A DNA stretch of 63,035 bases, the filler included, from Asterionella formosa (taxonomy: Eukaryota): the NCBI GenBank assembly GCA_002256025.1. It is 28 parts of 28 records of this genome, joined end to end, with 100 filler letters (N's around TTAATTAATTAA, not from the genome) between each part and the next. Parts side by side here need not be neighbours in the genome. Positions count along the whole stretch, not along the records: positions 1 to 16,710 come from NKIB01004765.1; 27 more parts are not named here. The stretch is one strand, 5' to 3'. Positions 1 to 12,800 of the stretch are shown piece by piece (positions within the stretch are counted from its first letter, which is position 1; each line of letters starts with the position of its first letter). The translations under genes and the position numbers were made by a program. The notes below the pieces were generated by a model. It searched no databases and was not told the origin of the DNA. It saw only the letters and a list, made by a program, of their open reading frames with translations.

Positions 1-3000
1 TACTGTTCCTTCATTGCTACTTTTCTAGCAAATCATGGAAATCAAGAAAGATGGAGATTAAGGCTATGCTGGATGGTGTGGTTGCAAGAAAGGTTGCTCA
101 ATACATTTCCGAATTTCGCTTATGATTGATTGCACTTCTACAATGATGAGCAGTTGATGAAGTCCCAAGCTCATGTGGCTGTGTAAGCTTGTGAGTCACC
201 AATTGTTTGGGGGCCAGCATTCTCTATTGATGGAATGAATGATGGATCTCAATTAATTGGGGGGGGATCAATGATGGATCAATGGGTTTCCCATAGGCGA
301 AAGAAAATGGTGCAAAGTGACTAGGTTGATGCAGGTTGGGAAAGGGCAACAGGATTTTTTTGAGGTAATTTGGGAAAACAAGAAAGTGAGACTCATTTTT
401 GGAGGCTTACAGCATTCAAGGGATGAGGGAATTTGTACTCTACTTCCATAGGCTAGTGCCAAGTGCATTCATGAAATCAAAATTTTATTCATACTTTCAT
501 CCCTCTATATTTCGGAATAAAGTGAGCTAACTATTAAGGGATGAAGTAGAAGCTAGGAGTACTAGTCACCAGTTGACAACAGCCAATTTGGAGAGACAGG
601 AACTGATTAATTGTGGAGTAAGCAACCACGATAGACAGGACTGTTGTGGGACAGGAAATTAGTAGGACTGTTGAGAGACAAGAAGTTAGTAATAGTGGAG
701 TAGCCACAATGGGCTGGTTGACAAGTGACTAAAAAAATCATGTGGTAACCAAAATTCTGGAGAGAACTCTCCCACTCAGCTAAGCAAGGGAGAAAAAATG
801 TCATCGACGGCAGACAAATTTGCGAATAGCTGTGAATTTCCCAGCAACCACTAGACCTTTGTTAAAAATGTCAGCAGGGTTTGACTGCAGTGTCAATTCT
901 TAGGATGTGTAGCATGCCAGATAGGACATATTCATGGATGGGGAGCAACCAATGGTAGTAAGCAACAGCAATGTGCTTGGTATGGGGACTCATTTTTGGA
1001 AGATTGGCTTGGGAAAGGCACACACTGTTGTCTTTATAAATGGTAGATTAAGAAGTAACAGCAAGGGGACCAGCCACATGACGAGCAGTGGAAGCCTCAG
1101 TAATGATGTGGCAAAGAGGAATGAGGTCACGGCAGCTGGTGGGGAGCACACAATTCAGCCTGCATGGTTGAAAGGACAATAGTGGTTTGTAGTTTAGAAA
1201 CCCATAAAAGGGCATAGCCAACAAGGTGATGAGATAGCTAGTGCGGTATTTGGTGCAAATGGGGTCATTCGAGTTTTTGGTATCATAACCCTAGCCCTAA
1301 GACTGGCAAAGTCACTATTGACAAAACAGTCAATTTTAAACTCCGATGTAGGTGTGAAAATGATACCCTCATGTAGTACCACAAAAATGGCAATGGAACC
1401 CCCTATCTCCTTATTTGGTGGCCTTGAACAACACTTCACCATCATTTGGGACACTGGTGTCTCACGTCCTGTTTCTGCCTATTCCACCAATTTTTTCAGT
1501 CCCATTCTTCAACCCTTCATTCCCCTCACCTTGGTGGCATTGCTTCTGGTCTCACTGTGAGTTGCTGGGATTGGCACTGTACAATGGACTTTCCTTTCTG
1601 ACTCTGGTTGCCTCTTGACTCTTCATCTTACAGCATAGTACTATGTGCCTCAATGCAAACAACACCTTTTATCTCCACAATGTAGCTTCAACAAAGAAAA
1701 TGGCCATGTGGAAATTTTCGAGGTAACCACTAATTGTGCATGCCTTGTAAATTGATGGATCACCCACCTTGACTATTTATTCCAAATTATCTCATAAACT
1801 CTCATCCAAAAGTCATGGCATTCATGCTTCATTGGTGTGTGACAAAGAAGCCTCCCTTAATTTATGCGTCACAGATGAAACTAACCAAAACCTTACAGAG
1901 AGAGGCTCAAAAAGAATATCCTCACTGGCACTTCCGCTTTGTTGGCCACTTCCGCTCAGACATCATCAATTTCTTCTGCGTCAGCCATAATTTGGTAAAT
2001 CCCAGAAATAATTCTGAACAATTTGACCATGTCATGATGGTGTCATGATCACAAAATACTGAGCAAAGTCCAAATAAACTGCCATGACTGGATCAAATGG
2101 AAGCTCAACTCTCAAAATTGATGCCACATCATCAAGAACATCACAGAATGCTTACTTGTTAGTGATGGATAAACATAAGAGGAATGAGGAAGACTCGAAC
2201 CCCAAGCTACAAAGACAGATTTCAACTAGAAAGACTCTGGGGAATTACTTGTAAACACGGTACCTGAACAAAGACCCCCAATTTCTCGTTTTCTCAAAAT
2301 TGGGATAGGATTTAGGGTATGCATACAAATCTCAAGTCTGAAGGCCAAAATATGATGTAAGTGTCCCACATCTGAATCCTATCTACACATGACAAGAAGT
2401 GCTTTCAGGCTAAATAATGCTGCTCAAGACAAGGGTGAAAGGAAATAGTGTGGACTCATCACTTTCTCATGTAGAACAGTAACCTATAGTGCCACTCTTA
2501 GATTTCTTTTGTTCCACTGATTACGGCGAGCAGATGTTCTCGTTTTTAATAACACTTCTGCAGGCACGAATAAATCTCGGAGCGGTCTTGGTCGCAAGGA
2601 GAACAGATCACCTTCACCTGCCACATTTGGCCACATTTGGTGGCAGCATGCAATGGATCAGGCAATGCAAACCACAACATTTAATTAAAATTGACTGGGT
2701 CTTCTTTTGTGATCGCCTTGTTGCTTTCCGTTCTCCTCCCGACCCATTATGATTGTGACCAGTGTTGTAAAAGCATGACTTCTACTCTGTTACCACGGGT
2801 TGTGTAGGAAAAAACCCGTGAAGGGCTATTGGTGAATCCTTTTAAGTAACACAAATATGAAAACCTTGCTCGTCATTCCAGAGAGTTTGTTTGGTTCATT
2901 GTCATTTGATTTGCCAATTGTTGAATCTAATGCCAATCTGTTGTCCACTATGATCATCCAGGTGAAGATTCCATCAAAGCATTGTTTTGCATATGATTGC

Positions 3001-3920
3001 ACTTCTACAATGATGAGCAGTTGATGAAGTCCCAAGCTCATGTGGCTGTGTAAGCTTGTGAGTCACCAATTGCTTGGGGGCAGCATTCTCTATTGATGGG
3101 ATGAATGATGGATCTCAATTAATGGGGGGATCAATGATGGATCAATTGGGGTTTCCCAAAGGCGAAAAAATGGTGCAAAGTGACTAGGTTAATGCAGGTT
3201 GGGAAAGGGCAACAGAATTTTTTTGAGGTATACAATTCTCAAGTCTGAAGGCCAAAATATTATGAAAGTGTCCCACATCTGAATCCTTTCTGCCCGATAA
3301 GTGCTTTCAGGCAATAATGCTGCTCAACACAAGGGTGAAAGAAAATAGTGTGGACTCATGTCAAGAATAGCCTTATCACTTCTGAAATCAAAGGATGAAG
3401 ACTAGTCAGGTGACATGAATTTGGGCCAGAATTTCAACTGTGTCCATTTTTTCGACCATTGATCCATTCACCAACACAAGTCATTCGATGAGGTCCAACA
3501 GTGGCTGGTGCTGCCAACGATAGCAGTGGTGCTGAGCACAGTAATCGACGCTGTTTATGGTCTTGGAATCCTCTTTGTGATTATAATATATGATAACATG
3601 AATGATTCGACATTGTGGTTGTGACAAAAAGAGAAGTGGATTGAATCCCGTGTCCTATCTTGTCCTTGCACGTTGGGAACGATACATTTGGAATCATGAA
3701 TGGTTCTTGGGTTAGTGATGCTGTTTGGGGGATTGAAACGAAGAGGAGTATATAGATGCTTCGCTTTTGATGCTCACTAAAAATAGCGAATACCGGGAGG
3801 ATATGCTGTAGCGGCTATTTAATTCGGGTTTAACTGAAAGATGATTATGATGTTGTGGTATGTTATTGTGTCTTTTGCTTGATTCTGCGCCTCGCTGAAA
3901 TTGCCCATACACACGTCACA
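1..3920. mobile_element. Rearranged, degenerate Ty1/Copia LTR-retrotransposon remnants (RNase H on -, protease/GAG-pre-integrase on +, gag-like region on -)
   Basis: - strand ~850-1400: GIIFTPT..KIDCFVNSDFASL..SKLQTTIVLST..NPADIFNKGL (Copia RNase H). + strand ~1430-1990: IWDTGVS (protease motif) and QNLTE..HWHFRF (GAG-pre-integrase-like). Many stops and frameshifts; right boundary approximate. Confidence 0.7.
127..367 (+). repeat. ~240-bp direct repeat, second copy at ~2994-3230 (also ~2320-2460 repeated at ~3230-3360)
   Basis: tgattgcacttctacaatgatgagcagttgatgaagtcccaagctcatgtgg...ttttttgaggta occurs at both positions with few differences. Confidence 0.9.
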
Positions 3921-6900
3921 CTATTGTTTTTTGCATCAAAAGCACAAATAAAGATTCCAAAAGAACTAAGACTACCTGTGTACAATCGTTGTCACGAGAA
4001 AACAACTGCCAGGAAAAGACTGTTCATCGGTATTTCCCTAAAACTATCAAACTTTATTCCAAGTTCAACCTGAATGTGCTAGATATTTCCACAAATGACA
4101 ATGAAGATGACCAACATTCGTCCGATGATGGCACATTATGAAATGATGAAATATATTTTAATTTTTCATCTCCGGTAATATCGTTCCTCCTACAATAAGA
4201 ATTTATTATAATGGTCATGTGCTAAAATAATTTTGTCCTAAAGATCCCCAATCCCCTCGTCAAGTTTCAATTTCGCAGGTCGCAACAAAGATACAATAAC
4301 ATTTGAAAATCACATCTCATGACGTTATGTGGTTCGATAGGTAACTGTTTATCAATTGATTCAACCTTATGCTTTCATCTTTAAGAATTACCTTAAATTT
4401 AATTTCATTCGTTCCCTCCTTCTCCAATTTATAGTAGCAGAAAAGAGCCCTCCAATAACTTGCCTTAACTCTATCACACCGACTAAGCTATTGGTCCTAT
4501 TGACAAATATTTTGGCAATGAACTCGCTGCAATTTTACTCAGTAGAAAATTTTCTCAAGGCCGATTCCACATTAGGCAAACCTATCTGCAAATTTACTTC
4601 AACGAATCCTTCCCCTTCTTTGCCATCACATAATCAATTTACTGTCATAGGAGAGCAGGCAGAAATCATTTTAAAACTTTTTTCAATGCACTCTCATCCA
4701 CTTCGCTGGAGCCCTCTTTCTGACTTTGAATTGTTATCCCTTCTATAAATTAAAGCTAAAATCTAAATATACAAAAACACTTATGGCATAAACAGCACAA
4801 TTTTCAATATAAAATGCAACGTTCATAGAAAAATACATCAAAATGCAATTCTATAAATTAAAGCTAAAATCTTAATATATGAAAATACTTGTGGCATCAA
4901 AATGCAAAGCTCAGAGATATATACATCAAAATGCGATTGAAAATCTTTGTTGAAATTTTCAGAGAACATGAAGCAAGGTTGTCGATCATCTGTGTTATTT
5001 TCATTTATTCATCAGTTGATTCATCAATACAAATTTCTTTCTATATCTTTACGAGAAAGATGATGCATGTTAGTAGTCTTAATGTCTATAACTAACCATC
5101 TTCGGTAATAATGTACATACTACAGTGAGATTTCAATTTCTTAAAACATGCTATTTCATTGAAGTACCATATCCTCTTTTGTGATTCTTTTTGCTTTTAA
5201 TTGAATTTCGCATGAATCTCATCCCATTTGACAGATTTTTTTAGCCTCAATTACATAATGGTGTGTTGGTTGGCACTGGAGCACTCTTTGGAGGAGGGGT
5301 ATGTTGCCGGGTTGCATTGAAGCACTGTTCCCTTTACAGTGCTTCGTTGACTTATCTGACTGAAGGCAGAAGTTATTACGGCAGTGAAACAGTCCCCATT
5401 AGCCTCTTATATGATATTAATGGAGGAGAAATTTGCCCATAGTTTTATAGGATAGATCACTAGAGGAAATATCAGGGCTTTTGGTTGTGGCATATGTAGC
5501 ACTTACAAGAGATCAGTGAATCATACGCAGATGCGGGGCGTTGGGGCAAGAAATATCAGAAATCGAGAGCGTTTGCACCATTTGATGTGCACAAGGAGAG
5601 GCTAGTATATTGTAGAGGTTGCTGAGGCAGATGGGAGTGGTGGAGGCAGGTGAGAAAGTTCGAAAATGCTGCAGTGCTAGCGGTTGAGGAGGAGCAGCAG
5701 CAGCAAATATAGACGAAAGCAAGCAGGATGGATGGAAGGCTTATTTGGACAAGCAAAAACAGAAATTGAGAGCTAGTACACTGTTTGTTCTCGTACCTAC
5801 AAAAAAATGGGCATGTATAAAATCCGCAAGGTTAAGCTGCTGAAGGAGTCGCGCGCAGTAAAGGACATGGGTGTTGAAAACGCAAATGGGAATGCCAAAC
5901 AGCGATGTTGAGAACTGGTTGGCCATTCACACCTGGTTTGGCTAAAAATTGGAGAGATCGAGGAAGATGCTGGTAAGCAGAGACAGGTAGCTGAATGCAT
6001 GATAGTGGTGGCGAAAATTGTCACCAAAATGGCATGGTGAGGGCAACACAAGTCCAGAGTATTAGGAGTATGCAGTAGATATAAGAACCTGGAAAGTTAT
6101 TTGAAATGATGTCATTTCAAATTCCCAGTGCAGGAAGACGGTACTGTGAACCTCCTTTTGTCAGTTTAAGAGTGTTTCATTTTAGGGCTATGTGTATTTT
6201 CAGGATATAGGATCTGGCAAGGAACTGTTGAAAGGAACTGTTGAAAGGAACTTCGGTTTTTTACTATGCTAAGGACTCGAAAATTCGGGGGAAATTCCTT
6301 TACTTGGTATACTAAAAAACAGATCCATTCTGCACTTTCTTGCCGGAATGACATATACATACTGATGCTATTTGAAATGTTCCTATGTATCTAAATCGCC
6401 TCAAGACCCAGCCAATGTCATTGAGCTATTGTCATCCAATGTTCGACAAAATCTGTCTTTTTTCGGTCGTCAATATATCGGATCAGAATGACTATGAGCC
6501 GAAACGTCATCATCGCAATAGTAGTCGTGCTCCAGAAGTTTTAGTCCTAAAATCTCCTGTCCAACAAATTCCATTTTAAGTGCCCGCTTCCACAAGTATA
6601 ATATGATTGATTGGTCAACGTGAATTAACCTCCATTTGATTGACTGATCTGCAGGGCATTGCAAACTTAGTACGCCAACTACATTGGATGCACATGTGTA
6701 ATTTTTTGGGGGTGTTGGCTGGTAGAGTATCTGCTACCATATATGAGTACCAGTACTACTATAATTCGCTTTGCCTTCAAAGAATGGACAGGAGGGTGCT
6801 GCTTTTTCTCTGATAATTCCAGCCACAATGTTTGCATTGTGCATTTGCATTCTTCGTTGTGGCCTCCTGAACTTGGTCTTCTAATAACGCCACCCCAAAG

Positions 6901-7319
6901 CCTTAAAGTCTTTCCAGTTTTATTGTTGTGCCTTTCTTGTTTGACAGTTTCAAATCATGCAGCAAATATTTTTTTGTTTCTTTTCCTTTTCCATTGAATT
7001 GCGCTTTGCAGCCTGCACTGTGTTCCATTTGGCTAGTCCTTTTGTCTCCAGAATGATTCTTGCTGGGGGGCCATTGGATTTCAGGGTGGCAGGGCGGAGA
7101 AGGACACGGATCCTGTGCAGCAATGGATTGGAAAGAAACCTTGGTTCTGGAACATGTAGTGGAAGGCATCCTTTTTCGGTATTTAAGTAATACCGAACTG
7201 ATGTATCTCAGTGAAATGGTTCAACATCCCGTAGAATCATTCCATGGGTGGCACTCACCTCACTTCTAGATGATCAGTTTGAAACAACATACATATTAGG
7301 TACATTGAAGTAAAATATT

Positions 7320-7773
7320 CTATTGAAATGAACGACCATAGTAAAATAAACTAAACACTACTACTAGATTTAGAATGTTTAGAAAACAGGTTTGAAGCCT
7401 CAATAGGGATCGAACCCCCTTCAAACAATAGTCAAGAAGTTCCATCCGAACACCTTTTCCCAATGGTCCACAGCAAAATCTGATTAAAACCGTGTAGAGA
7501 AGATTGCGGGTTCTTGACGCCATAATGTCTCCATCCTTCAATCTGCTGAGTATGGATTCACCTTCCAAGAATTTCCACCAACTCTTCGACTTCATCCCAT
7601 AGGCACTGACATTTAGGGCAACCAAAATTACAGCATTTGCAGGAGATGCAATTGTCACATCCATCCACATTCGACTCTACAATCAACCAGTCTTGACATG
7701 TTGGACATGTATCATGACTATAGTTGAATGGGTCACCCCCCTTGTCATCATGGTGATGTGTACTTTCGCTCAT
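7320..7773 (-). pseudogene. Frameshifted Cys-rich small protein resembling the P2X7 cytoplasmic ballast / KolX-like domain
   Basis: ORF 7558-7773 (CPTC..CDNC..CKCC..CPKCQCLW) continues in the frame of ORF 7320-7670 with RNLLYTVLIRFCCGPLGKGVRMELLDYCLKGVRSL, matching the R..Y......G.LGKG.R..LP.C....IR pattern. Confidence 0.45.
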
Positions 7774-10700
7774 GGTTGATTGTTGCTTTTTTGTTTCTTA
7801 CCGGTATAGTCATCAACAATATTTGCCATGATGCTGCCAGCTTGAAAAGGTCTGACACATATATATTGATTGTATTATAGGGTATATATATATCTAGCGA
7901 TGTAGAATGTTAATACTATATAATTAGAGAATTCAAAAGGGAATCTATGTGCATGAGCGCAAATTTCCACTGATTAATATTTCATGTGGAATCACGTCAT
8001 TTAAAAATAGCTAATAAAATTCTTAATTCCAGGGAATTTTGGCAATCCTAAGCAATATTTTAATTTTTGCCTAGGGTTTCAAATGCAGCAACCTTAAATT
8101 TGTTGTAGAGACGATGGGATGCACCATTTGTTACTAGTGCATCCAATCAATAACGACTCTCGATCCTGCAGAAGCTTAGGTATAATCTGATCTCTGTCTT
8201 GCACGATGGATTCTACCATATATTTGTTACGAGAATAACTTATAACCCTGGATAAAACAACAAACTTCTGCTTCCAATGTTGAAATGTTCAATTGTAATG
8301 ATCAATTCTTGTTCGATTGGCAAGGAACTTCTTCCAACAACACAAGTGGTCACTAGAGAAACCTTTGATGTCATCAGTGGGAGGGAATAGACAATTGCAA
8401 AATTCGGGCTTACAACCTTACAACAGGGACCTTTCGACTTTCGTTTGATACCATCGTCTGCTGCTTGTTATGATAGTAGTAAGAGTGGATCGGTGAGTAT
8501 AGTAACAGAGAAACACTGAATTAAGAATGTAGATGCAAAATGTCGAATTTACGATTTGATTGCTTCCATTGTCCGTTTTGATCGCTTCCATCGTTGTTTG
8601 TCGTTCTTTACTGTCGTTTTGGTTCGATTGTATCTATCTAGCTACACAAGGGCTGTTGTATGTATCAATGCCTATTCTTTCTTGAAGATGTATTATTGTT
8701 GATCTTATTTGTTGATTTGTATAGTCATTAACCATGATGTCAATATTGCTGCCAAGCAATGCTTTTCTCTTACTAATGCATCTACAACGCCGATTACTGG
8801 TACAGCCGCCACAAAAAAATGCTAGTCAAATATGATCACCCAAATTAATTATTTGGGTGGTCCAATATGACCAATTTAGCTACATACATAATTTAAGGGT
8901 AGTATGACATCACATAAAAAATATGATGCATCATACAATATATATGAACGGAGTGAACTAAAATAGTTTTGACAACTTCCATAATTATTTTAAAACCCAC
9001 ATAATTTTTGGGCCAACTGACAATATTTTCTGGTAACACGAAGAAAAATTGGTTCAGTAATAATCTCTATAATACGGTACTTTTCTCTACAATTCGCAAC
9101 ATTTCCGTTCACAAATATTCTTCACTCTGACTACCGTTAATTCTGTTTGTTCGCTCCCATTTTATCTTTACTTTGCTTGATCACATTAATACCTCAAGGT
9201 TAAACAAATATAAATGCTAGTCAAACAAATAATTATATTTAACCAACCAACGTTTAAATTGAATTCTAGCTACAATCGCAAAATCAATCAAACCAATCGC
9301 TTCGCTATATAGTCTATATTGATACTTTCTATAGAACGTGATTCTCAAACCAATACGACAAGCAATGGATGTTCATTCTTGCAGCTGGATGCTGTAACGA
9401 CTCACTAGATTGCCTGGCTACTCATACTTGCAGGAGTCCCTGTTGCTACTATCGGTAGATCAATTCATAGCAAATGAGCCGGCTGCTCATTCTCATTGCT
9501 CAGATTGATTGTCTGTTGTAGAAACAAGAGGGCAACAGCATTTGCAAAGTGAGTTGATGAGAAAGCAAAAGTTGCGAAGCCATGATTTCGGTTCTGTGTG
9601 CTCCTTACCATGTTCCCCAATGTCCAACCCAGCCCTCATCAAATTGATTGTCTGCGATCAGTGAACACCAATTGTAGAGTGAGTTCATGGACGAAAAATT
9701 GTTACAAAGGCATCGTTCTTGTTGTGCTTACCATGCCGCCTGATTCCCAACAAATCCCTTGCTCAACAGATTGATTGTCTGCAGACAAAGAACAGCGTTT
9801 GCAGAGTAAGTTCGTGATCAACAATTATCAAGCACACAATCAAGCCCTTCTTCTAATTCATTACAAATAGGCAATGCCTGCGCTAACAATTCCGAACAAA
9901 GACAAAGGAGAATAGGAGAGGAGATCCGCCCACAACAAGCAACAGCAAACAATATCAGCGGAAGGCAAGAAAATATTGCACTTGCTTACCATGTATACAT
10001 TTGTCCCCAATGCACCAGAGGAATCCTTTCAACAATGCGAATAACAAATGATTGATGGCCTACCTGACACAGGATAGCCATCCTGACACAGGCAGAGCAC
10101 GACGCATTTCATTATTCCCAAGGTTCAACCCTGCCCTGCCAAAAACAGATTGATTGTCTGTAGAAAAAGAACAAGGTTTGCAGAGTATGTTCATGACTGA
10201 CCACTTTTCCAATTCCAAACGGCACAAGTAAGAGGAAGAACGGAATGGAGGTAAAGGAACTACACCAGCAATCAAACATAGTTCCGAACACAAGACGAAG
10301 AAAACGAGCGACAGTGCAGAGCAACAACAAAAAGAACAACAGCAATGTGACAAAAGAACTGTTTCCATTTCCCAAAATATTAACTGCTTACCATAATTTC
10401 TCGAACTTTCAGATGCATCCTTTCTGTGATGACAAGCAAGGAGAAACAAAAAATGCCTGCCTGTTTCTTCCAGAGGAACCGGCCCATAACAGAGTCCTTC
10501 TTGTTATCTGGAAGCGAAGAACAAGATTCACAGAGTCAGATGATGGCTGGTTCTTAACAAACAAGACCTTTTTACATTCCATATCAAACAATGCATGTTC
10601 AAGTTCAAACGCAGGGCGAGGAACACCAAGGAAGAGAAGGTTATACAGCCATAGTAACCATAACGAAAGAACAATAGAATAAGAACAAGAAAAATGACAG

Positions 10701-10929
10701 CAGAAACAACAGGGACAGCGGTAACGACAACGAGAACACAACCATGATAGCAGAAAAGACGACAAAAACGACAACAATAACAATAACAATAATTTCATTT
10801 TACCATGAATGTGATATTTTGTTCCTTTCATTCCAGCAGCTGCTGTTCGTTAAGAAAACTGGCGTGGACGGTCCTCCTCGCCAACATTCATTTTGTACTA
10901 AATTCGTGTACATTGTACTTCAGAAAAAG

Positions 10930-12350
10930 CTGGCGCAGTCTATGCTTAGTCAGTATTGATCAAATTCGTCATCAGGATGCGTAAAATTTTCGGTGCTTGC
11001 TGTGGACTGATGACCAGTGCTGTAGCAACCTAAATTCCAATTCATTTCTTTCTCAAGCAATTTGATGCCGATTTCTATCTAATATATTATTTGATGTACC
11101 CGAAATCAAAGGCTTCTTGTAGAATGTCGATATGCTCAGAACGAACGTATATTGTCCAAAGGAGGCATCAGGATGTGTAAATTTTAGGACCACTGCTTTA
11201 ACAACCAAGCTTCCAATTCATCTTTCTCTACCAATTCATTGTCGATTTCTATCTAGCATAGTATTCGATTTATACGAGATATCAATGCCGATATTTTGAA
11301 TGTCGATATGCTCGCTCAGAACGAACATATATTGATCAAATTTGGTCATCAAGATGTGCAAAATTTCGTTTCTTGTGAACTGCTGCATGACCAGTATCCC
11401 AAACCATCTTTCTCCACCAATTTAAGACCGATTTCTATCAAGCATAGTATTCGATGTACACGAGATCAAAGTCGTCATGAACAATGTCGATATTCTCAGA
11501 ACGACTATATATTGATCAATGGAGGCATCAGGATGAGTAAAATTTTCGGATGCTTGTGGACTGATCATCAGTGCTGTGGCAACAAGAATTCCAAACCTCC
11601 TTTCTCCACCAATTTAAGGCTGATTCCTATCTAGCATATTATTCGATGTCCACGAGAGCAATACCGTCATGGCGAATGTCGATATTCTCAGAGTGAACAT
11701 ATATTGATCAAATTGGTCATCAGGATGGTGTGTAAAGTTTCGGTGCTTGCTGTGAACTGCTGAACATCAGTGCTGTGGTTGCAAAAATTCCAAACCATCT
11801 TTTTCCATCAATAAAAGGCCGATTTCTATCCAGCATAGCTAGTATTCGATGTACGCTAGATCAATGCCGTCATGGAGAATGTCGATATTCTCAGAACGAA
11901 TATATATTGATCAATGCTGGAGGCATGAGGATGTGTAAAATCTCGGTGCTTGCTGTGGACTGAACATCAGGGCTGTCATTACAAACTTTCCAAACCTCCT
12001 TTCTCCACCAATTTAAGGCCGATTTCTATCCAGCATAGTATTCGATGTCCACGAGAGCAATACCGTCATGGCGAATATCGATATTATCAGAACGAACATA
12101 TATTGATTCAATTGGTCATCAGGATGTGAAATTAATTTTCGTTGCTTGTGGACTGCTGATCAAAAGTACTGTGGCAACAAAACTTCCATCCCTCTTTTCT
12201 CCACCAATTTAAAGTCGACTTTTATCCAACATAGTATTTGATGTACATGAGATCAATGCTGTCATTTGGAACATCTACATTTTCAGAACGAACATGTATT
12301 GATCAAAGGAGACGTCAGCATGTGTAAATTTGCTGTGCTTGTGGAAGTAA
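10930..12350. repeat. Tandem array of about 7-8 diverged ~180-bp monomers inside family B
   Basis: Recurring tattgatcaa...catcaggatg...ctccaccaattt...gatttctatc...tattcgatgt...gatattctcagaacgaa blocks at about 180-190-bp period. Confidence 0.9.
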
Positions 12351-12374
12351 TCTAGCCGATCGGAAAAGGAGTAT

Positions 12375-12800
12375 GTCATTATGGCACATCTCAATTTTGA
12401 ATCACTATGGCGACATACATTGAATGTTAAAATATGCAACAGCTGTTTCTTAACGAATTTACAAATTCAATTGTTGTCAGCTACTCATCCTTTCCTTATT
12501 TTTCTATATTGTACTTGCTAGAGTTATTGCTGTAGACTTTTTGTAGTCGATTCGAAACGGAGAAGGCCATTGCGGCATATCTCATTTTGGACTTGTCACT
12601 ATGGCAACATACATTGAATATTTAAAATATGCAACTGCTGTTTCTTAACGAATTTACGAATTCAATTGTTGTCAGCTACTCATCCTCTGGTTCTTTTTCT
12701 ATATTGTACTTGCTAGAGTTATCGCTGTAAACTATTTGTAGCTGCTCCGAAACGGAGAAGGCCATTGTGGCACATCTCAATTTCGATTCACTACGGAGAC
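12375..12800. repeat. Two tandem ~190-200-bp units in the family B right arm
   Basis: aaaatatgcaac.gctgtttcttaacgaattt...cgaaacggagaaggccattg occurs twice; the same pair is at ~47231-47620. Confidence 0.85.

Noticed and set aside
3920..7300. Fanzor/TnpB, Harbinger Myb-like or KDZ transposase remnants
   Set aside because: Only a weak KWDEIHAKFN helix-like stretch near 5200; no RuvC or DDE motif series could be read.
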